This document shows, piece by piece, positions 58,103 to 64,000 of a stretch of DNA of 64,000 bases (positions are counted from its first letter, which is position 1; every line of letters begins with the position of its first letter). A program made the translations under genes and the position numbers. The stretch lies in contig JAUWDY010000001.1 of assembly GCA_030608565.1 (NCBI GenBank), positions 104,238-168,237 of the forward strand, read 5' to 3'. The DNA is from Candidatus Bathyarchaeota archaeon (lineage in GTDB: Archaea; Thermoproteota; Bathyarchaeia; Bathyarchaeales; Bathyarchaeaceae). The notes under the pieces were generated by a model. It made no database searches. It was not told the origin of the DNA and saw only the letters and a program-made list of their open reading frames with translations.

Positions 58103-59056
58103 TTATATTTTTTGAATCCCGATCTTTGCTCTCAGTACTTTGAATCCCTCTTTTTCCATTGCTGTGGCAACCGCTTCTTGCAGTTCTTTTCCTGGCGTTA
58201 ACGCTACCATGCAGCCTCCACCGCCACCGCCAGTTAGTTTTGCTCCAAACGCGCCCTGCTCTCGAGTTAAATTGATCAGATAATCCAATTCTTTGCAAGA
58301 AACCTCAATTTGTTGCAGTAAGCCATGATTTTCGTTCATTAACCTTCCGACTTTTCTTAAATCAAAATCTTCTAAGGTCTTTCTCGCCTCGAGCGCTAAC
58401 CATTCTGCTTGATTGAACAATGGATCGTATTTTTCTGGATTTTCGTTCTTTCTTTCCGCAACGCCTGCAACCATTTCTTTCGTGTCAGCGACAACTCGCG
58501 TGCTGCCTATGACAATTTCAACGGGCTGTCTTATACTCAATCTTTCAATTGTGTTTTGGCCTCCGCTTAGATTCCTCCTGAACCAGATTAGCCCTCCGTA
58601 GGTTGCCGCGGAGTTGTCGATGCCTGAGGGTGTTCCGGCGTAAGCTTTCTCAGCTTCATAAGCAATTTCATTAATTCTTTCATCTGACAAATTCATTTCT
58701 AACTCCTCGGCTATAGCTCTAGCGATTGCAACGCTGCTTGCTGCAGAAGCACCAATTCCGCTGAAGCCGGGGAGATTTCCTCCTAACCAAATCTCTAAAA
58801 ACGCCTTTTCCAAATCGATTCCCATGGTTTTAAGCATTCTCTGAATCGACTCTTTTTGTTGGGTTCTCTTCTTTTCAGTGTAACCTTTTGCGCCTCTTCT
58901 TTCATCCTTTATAGTGATTCCGTCTCCAATTTTTTTCACCTTTGCATCAGCTGTTAAATCAATTGCAGAAACAATCCCTGGCACGCCGTGAACAACGAAA
59001 TGTTCGCCAAACAAAATGACTTTTCCGAAACCAGAACCTCTTCCCATCGAAACCAC
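58103..59056 (-). CDS. mvk: Mevalonate kinase
   Basis: GKVILFGEHFVVHGVPGIVSAID; LPGFSGIGASAASSVAIARAIAEEL; GAFGAKLTGGGGGGCMVAL. Confidence 0.94.
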   Translation of the reverse strand: MVSMGRGSGFGKVILFGEHFVVHGVPGIVSAIDLTADAKVKKIGDGITIKDERRGAKGYTEKKRTQQKESIQRMLKTMGIDLEKAFLEIWLGGNLPGFSGIGASAASSVAIARAIAEELEMNLSDERINEIAYEAEKAYAGTPSGIDNSAATYGGLIWFRRNLSGGQNTIERLSIRQPVEIVIGSTRVVADTKEMVAGVAERKNENPEKYDPLFNQAEWLALEARKTLEDFDLRKVGRLMNENHGLLQQIEVSCKELDYLINLTREQGAFGAKLTGGGGGGCMVALTPGKELQEAVATAMEKEGFKVLRAKIGIQKI

Positions 59057-59212
59057 CTAGGTAATCAATGGTTTCCAAAAATTTAAATAGATGGATTATG
59101 CGGGTTCCGAAGTTAAACTCATCGAAGAGGCTAAAGACTCTCTGTGAAGCGGTTAGGGGAGTGCATGCATGCATGTGTTGTTGAAATGCCATAATTTACT
59201 CGGAAGTCATGA

Positions 59213-59500
59213 TCAAATCGGTATCAATGGTGTTAGGAATCTCGTCATTGTTGCCAAGAGAGTAGCTAAAAAGAATGTTAATAAAGTGGCTTGAATGGCA
59301 GTTTTCCATCCGAGTTCTTTAACTATCATTCCAATCGACGTGAAGCAAGGGACAAAGAAAATCGTGAAGACGGTGAAGGTTAACGTCTGAGCCGTTGTAA
59401 GAGCAAACTGTATATCAATAGGGGCGAGTGCCTCCGCCAACATAATTAACGCCAGCTCTCTTCGAGGCATCGTCCAATCTTCACGGTTTTCAGGCAACAT
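59213..59500 (-). pseudogene. FeoB C-terminal fragment (95 aa)
   Basis: RRELALIMLAEALAP...ALTTAQTLTFTVFTIFFVPCFTSIGMIVKELGWKTAIQ parallels the C-terminus of the second FeoB (RKELTLIMLATLLG...YIPCIATIAALVREFGWKKAL). Confidence 0.65.
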
Positions 59501-59537
59501 TGGCCTTATTGAAGGTCATATAAATGCGCATTTTTTA

Positions 59538-61652
59538 TCAGCCGAATCCTAAAATGTGAGCAGACTGAGCAACGACGAAGCAGACTAGGAACGCGACCAC
59601 CAGTGGAATTAGGTTTGACAAAAACGTCCACTTAGCACTTCCCGTTTCCTTCCAAATAGTGTGGGTGGTAGTTGCGCATGGATAATGAAGCACCGAAAAT
59701 AGCATCAAGCAGATTGCTGTGACGACAGTGAACCCTTGAGCTACAAAGAGCGCGTGAAGTCCAGCCATGCTTTCGAGTTCAATCATCATGCTGGCGCCCA
59801 TGTAGCCCATAATTATTGTTGGGATGATAATCTCGTTGGCCGGGAGGGCGACAATGTAGGCCAGTAGAATGATACCGTCAAGACCGATCAATAGTCCGAT
59901 GGGTGAGAGAATACCTGCAAGGTAAGTCATTAGGGTCTCGCTTCCAACATACACATTCCCCAAGATCCAGATGATTGCACCTGCTGGTGCAGCCCAAACT
60001 ATGGCACGATATAAAACTTTGATCGTTCGATCAATCAATGAAGTGTAGAGGACGCGGAAAATCTGCGGACGACGATACGATGGCATTTCCAGGGTGAAGA
60101 ACGAACTCTCGCCTTTAAGCAGTGTACGTGAAAGCACGGCTGATATTATGAAGGTTGCAAAGATGCCAACCAACGTAATAGCAACCATCACAGCTGCAGC
60201 TACTATGGATGACACGGCTGATGGGAACATTGGTGCCACGAAAACAGTTGTCACCAGAATGAGGGTGGGCCAACGGCCGTTGCACGGTACGAAGTTGTTG
60301 GTAAGGATGGCGATAAGCCGTTCACGAGGTGAGTTGATGCTTCTGCAGGAGATGACCCCTGTGGCGTTGCAGCCGAAGCCCATACACATAGTGATGGCTT
60401 GCTTTCCATGTGCACCGGCCCACTTGAAGATTCGGTCAATATTAAATGCGACTCTCGCTAAGTAACCGAAATTCTCAAAGAGCGTAAAGAGAGGAAAAAA
60501 AATAGCCATAGGCGGCAACATGACGGCCACAACCCACGCGAGACTCCTATAAATTCCGTGGACCAGCACACCTTCAAGCCACTCCGGGGCTCCGAACCAC
60601 CTGAACAGCAAGGTGAACTGGTCTTCAAGCCAAAACAGACCCTCCGCTAAGAGTTGCGATGGAATATTCGCGCCTTCTATTGTGATCCAGAAGACGCCCA
60701 TCAGAAGAGCAATCATAATTGGAAACCCTATAATACGCGATGTCAATATCCGATCTAGTTTAGCGTCCATATCGATCTTGGGGGCCTCAGTCTTGGTTAC
60801 GGCCTTAGACGCTATGATTTCTGCGTCTGCGTAGATCGAGGATACAATGTGATCGTGTAAGGATTCCCGAATGGAAGATGCTGCAATTTGTACGCGGTCG
60901 AAAAGCTCTTTCAACTCAGCCTCCGTGGATTCTGCTATCGAAACGTGTTGGTTCAATGTTGCCAGAGACGCTAGATCTCCATTCTCTAACGTTTTACGGA
61001 TTCTAGCATCTCCCTCTAAGAGACGCATAGTAATCCATCTAGTATTCGGCAGGTCATCCACAACCTTTTTTACATAGGGGGTTACTTCGTCGAGCACCTT
61101 GCGTATCTCAGGCTTGAGAGTAAAGCGATGTGGACTCGTGGGTATGGCTCCTGAGGCAACTCCAGCGATGACTTTAACCAGATCATTCAAACCCTTGCCC
61201 ACATTGGCGACCGTAGGAACAACGGGAACCCCGAGATCGCGCGACAGTTGTTTAGCATCGACCTCTAGACCTTTTCGAGCCGCTTCATCCATAAGATTGA
61301 GACAGATTACCACGCGATTGGAGATTTCGAGAACTTGTAAAACTAGGTTCAGATTTCTCTCAAGCGTTGTTGAATCAACTACCACGACTACTACCTCAGG
61401 ATGGGCGAACAACACAAAATTCCTAGCAATCTCCTCATCCGTCGCAGTGGCGAGCAGGGAATAGGTGCCCGGAAGGTCGATCAGTTTGTACCGTTTTCCC
61501 ATGTATTTGAAAGATCCCTCGGCACGAGCGACGGTCTTCCCAGGCCAGTTTCCAACGTGTTGGTGAAGACCAGTGAGGGCGTTGAAAACCGTGCTCTTTC
61601 CAGTGTTGGGGTTTCCAGCGAGAGCAACGAGATAGTCATGGCCCTTTTCCAA
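59538..61652 (-). CDS. feoB: Ferrous iron transport protein B
   Basis: [37 protein letters not shown]; LPGTYSL; NLMD; full-length membrane domain. Confidence 0.95.
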   Translation of the reverse strand: MEKGHDYLVALAGNPNTGKSTVFNALTGLHQHVGNWPGKTVARAEGSFKYMGKRYKLIDLPGTYSLLATATDEEIARNFVLFAHPEVVVVVVDSTTLERNLNLVLQVLEISNRVVICLNLMDEAARKGLEVDAKQLSRDLGVPVVPTVANVGKGLNDLVKVIAGVASGAIPTSPHRFTLKPEIRKVLDEVTPYVKKVVDDLPNTRWITMRLLEGDARIRKTLENGDLASLATLNQHVSIAESTEAELKELFDRVQIAASSIRESLHDHIVSSIYADAEIIASKAVTKTEAPKIDMDAKLDRILTSRIIGFPIMIALLMGVFWITIEGANIPSQLLAEGLFWLEDQFTLLFRWFGAPEWLEGVLVHGIYRSLAWVVAVMLPPMAIFFPLFTLFENFGYLARVAFNIDRIFKWAGAHGKQAITMCMGFGCNATGVISCRSINSPRERLIAILTNNFVPCNGRWPTLILVTTVFVAPMFPSAVSSIVAAAVMVAITLVGIFATFIISAVLSRTLLKGESSFFTLEMPSYRRPQIFRVLYTSLIDRTIKVLYRAIVWAAPAGAIIWILGNVYVGSETLMTYLAGILSPIGLLIGLDGIILLAYIVALPANEIIIPTIIMGYMGASMMIELESMAGLHALFVAQGFTVVTAICLMLFSVLHYPCATTTHTIWKETGSAKWTFLSNLIPLVVAFLVCFVVAQSAHILGFG

Positions 61653-61725
61653 ATCCTCATGGCTCTCTTGGTAAAAGTCATGATCCTTCCCCTCTGCACT
61701 CAGATTAATTCCCTCCTACACATCG

Positions 61726-62040
61726 CTAACGCGAGGGGTTCACCATAATCTTTGAGGCGTCTTCCAGCCGCAATGCAAGGATGGACCCTCGAATTTTGTA
61801 CGCCACCGGAGTTCCTAACGGACTTTCCATTACGGCTTTGACTTCCGTTCCTGGAAGAAGACCGAGATCGAGAAGTCGGCGGCGAGTTGGACCTTCAACG
61901 AGAAGCCCTACTACCTTAGCTCTCTGACCGACTTTTATTTCTGCTAAAGTCTCGTATTCTAATTTTTGCTTAGTCATTGAGGACATAACTAAATTAGTTA
62001 AATGTTGACGCCCACTAATAAATTTTGGGCTGTCTAACAA
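61726..62040 (-). CDS. feoA: Ferrous iron transport protein A (start probably at internal MTKQKLEY)
   Basis: VVGLLVEGPTRRRLLDLGLLPGTEVKAVMESPLGTPVAYKIRGSILALRLEDASKI. Confidence 0.9.
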   Translation of the reverse strand: MLDSPKFISGRQHLTNLVMSSMTKQKLEYETLAEIKVGQRAKVVGLLVEGPTRRRLLDLGLLPGTEVKAVMESPLGTPVAYKIRGSILALRLEDASKIMVNPSR

Positions 62041-62058
62041 ATTTAAATAAGTCTAACA
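61986..62058. promoter_or_regulatory. Candidate metal-regulator operator region: palindrome TAACTAAATTAGTTA (61986-62000) plus direct repeats GTCTAACA (62032-62039, 62051-62058)
   Basis: Read directly at the 5' end of feoA and in the feoA/dtxR divergent intergenic space. Confidence 0.5.
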
Positions 62059-62229
62059 TTCAGTTGAGTGCAGAGTATGTGAAGAAAACGTATTCAGACA
62101 TCAATCGCTCATGTAAAAGGCCTGCTCAAAGCTAGGCACCCGTGACAAGATGCTTCAAAGATAAATATTATTTAGTGTATAGTTTACAATGAAGAAGAAA
62201 GTAAAGAAAATCGTTTAGGGTTCCGGTGG

Positions 62230-62706
62230 TTGAACATGGGAAACGAGAAAAACGAAGAGCTTGGTAAGAGCGCGGAGGATTACTTAGAAGCAATCTACGG
62301 GCTTGTTAGGGAAAGAGGCTTCGCTACAGTCATGGACATTGCGGCATCATTAAACGTTAAACCTCCCAGCGTCACACACATGCTTCAAAAATTAGATCGT
62401 CTCAACTTAGTCAAATACCAGCGGTATCGCGGAGTTACTTTGACCACAAGGGGAGAAAACTTAGCCAAGTCGATGGAACACCGTCACAAGATTTTAAGAA
62501 CTTTCCTAGAACTGCTTGGTGTAGACAAAACCATTGCTGATGGAGACGCTGAAGAAATAGAGCATACAATACATTCTGAAACCGTCGAAAAACTTACAAA
62601 ATTCATTGAATTTGTGAAAAATATGCCAGGATGGCTTGAAAAGTACAAATATTTCGAGCAAACCGGAAAATACCCTGAGAGTTCCAGCGAGAATACACGA
62701 GATTAG
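62230..62706 (+). CDS. DtxR/MntR-family metal-dependent transcriptional regulator
   Basis: SAEDYLEAIYGLVRERGFATVMDIAASLNVKPPSVTHMLQKLDRLNLVKYQRYRGVTLT. Confidence 0.93.
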   Translation: MNMGNEKNEELGKSAEDYLEAIYGLVRERGFATVMDIAASLNVKPPSVTHMLQKLDRLNLVKYQRYRGVTLTTRGENLAKSMEHRHKILRTFLELLGVDKTIADGDAEEIEHTIHSETVEKLTKFIEFVKNMPGWLEKYKYFEQTGKYPESSSENTRD

Positions 62707-63082
62707 GCGTTTACCATCGAAACAACATCACGTAACACCTTTTTCACAGATTTTTGCCTCAAAAACCTTTACGAAGCAGTAACTTAAAATCCCATGTCAG
62801 CATTATTTCCAAGTGAAGGCTTTTTAGTCTGCTAAAAATTTTTTGGCCAAGCATGATCGCCAGCAGAAAATAAGTCTAGCTTAAAGCAATTTATGAAATA
62901 GTAGAAAGGATACGCCAAAGTGACTATTGTCTCAAGACTACTGGATGTCGGGTTTGCCGCAGTAACAGAGATGTTTCAAAAATATCATGAAACCGGATAG
63001 TTGCCTGAGTGGCCTACCTACAGACTAGTAAGAAAAAGTAAACGTTTAGAACAACAGAGATAGATTGAAGCTTTGGCTTTCT

Positions 63083-64000
63083 TCATTGGGCCAATATCAA
63101 TAATCTGAAAGCTATCCCGCCAACGAGTATTGCAAACACTATCTCAAACACCGTAATGAATAGTGCTTTCTTCCATCCAAACTCTCTAACTAGGGCAGCA
63201 ATAGTAGCTATACAGGGTATATAGAGCATCGTTACCAAGGCGAACACAATCATCTGCACTGGTCCAAAATCAAAATTCGGAACATGTGCGAAATCCGCTG
63301 TCCCCAAAAGAGTTGCGAGCATTATTAACGTCAGTTCTTTCCTTAGCACCCCAAATATCAGTGCTATACCTGTGATGGCTGGTAACCCCAGCCAAGTGAC
63401 AGTCATGGGACTGAGGACGCTTGCGATAGGGTTCAACAAGTCCGTAACATCTGCGAGTTTGATTAGAAGACTGCCTACGATTATAAGGGGAAAGGCCATC
63501 TTTATGAATTCCATCAATCTAAACCAGGTTTGCTTCAACACTGTCTGCAGATGAGGCACCCTATAATCATGCATCTCCATTATTAGTGCGGTTGGTTCAC
63601 CGGGTAAAGCCTTGAATGCCAGTCTTCCTAGAAGGAAGATAATCAACAAGTTGATGATGTATAACGCTAAGGCCCATTGAACACCCACAAATGTCCCAAC
63701 TAGACCGAGAACGATAACTGTTGTTGCGGCGCAAGGTACCAATGTAACAACGAAGGCGGTGAGAAGTCTCTCTCTTTCCGTCTCCATGATTCTGCACCCC
63801 AAACATCCTGGGACGTTACAACCAAGGCTGAGCATGACTGGGATAAAGGCCTTCCCATGTAAGCCTATCTTGTGCATTACATTATCTAACAAAAACGCGA
63901 TTCTACTAAGATAACCGGAATCCTCAAGAAAGTATAGTATAAGGTAGAATGGAATGATGTAAGGTAACGCTATCGTAACGCCCGCTATGATACCCTCCAT
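63083..64000 (-). CDS. feoB: Second FeoB-type ferrous iron transporter, partial at window edge
   Basis: YFLEDSGYLSRIAFLLDNVMHKIGLHGKAFIPVMLSLGCNVPG; RKELTLIMLATLLG. Confidence 0.88.
   Translation of the reverse strand: MEGIIAGVTIALPYIIPFYLILYFLEDSGYLSRIAFLLDNVMHKIGLHGKAFIPVMLSLGCNVPGCLGCRIMETERERLLTAFVVTLVPCAATTVIVLGLVGTFVGVQWALALYIINLLIIFLLGRLAFKALPGEPTALIMEMHDYRVPHLQTVLKQTWFRLMEFIKMAFPLIIVGSLLIKLADVTDLLNPIASVLSPMTVTWLGLPAITGIALIFGVLRKELTLIMLATLLGTADFAHVPNFDFGPVQMIVFALVTMLYIPCIATIAALVREFGWKKALFITVFEIVFAILVGGIAFRLLILAQ

Noticed and set aside
1-64000. CRISPR array, Cas, toxin-antitoxin or restriction system
   Set aside because: No regularly spaced 24-40 nt repeats and no Cas, toxin or restriction-type proteins recognised; short repeats found do not have array structure.

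Overview
Archaeal chromosomal window. Supporting evidence: archaeal-type ribosomal clusters (L30-L22 on -, S13/S4/S11/RpoD/L18e/L13/S9/RpoN/Eno/S2 on +), Cbf5, the RNase P protein component, archaeal rpoD/rpoN and intron-containing tRNAs. Gene content looks like a Bathyarchaeia-type or related TACK lineage, but this is inference and no searches were run. Main systems: TPP riboswitch plus ThiT; HypA plus Mrp-type ATPase; hydantoinase/oxoprolinase A/B with a dehydrogenase; a modified archaeal mevalonate cluster (mevalonate kinase, UbiD-family decarboxylase, aconitase-X large and small subunits); FeoA/FeoB with a DtxR-family regulator and a second FeoB; two MFS transporters; two tandem GT2 glycosyltransferases. 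The left edge holds a compact minus-strand set of small genes with a ParB-like protein, possibly the end of an integrated element. Main leads: (1) a zinc ribbon / threonine-synthase-like / winged-helix fusion in which the expected PLP lysine of the SFKDR motif reads Arg; (2) a tRNA-Ser(GGA) gene whose full structure is restored by removing three short introns (23, 23 and 11 nt), each in a bulge-helix-bulge; (3) a tRNA-Leu(CAA) with a 17-nt intron; (4) a near-identical 65-bp inverted repeat with longer degraded arms flanking the L30-L22 ribosomal cluster; (5) rps3 and rpoN lacking NTG starts, with rpoN also carrying an apparent 1-nt deletion; (6) a recurrent intergenic ATGCATGCAT motif. The supplied ORF track missed S14, RpoN, the S3 N-terminus and two left-edge ORFs; these are added here. 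I found no CRISPR array, rRNA, recognisable restriction system or recognisable transposase.
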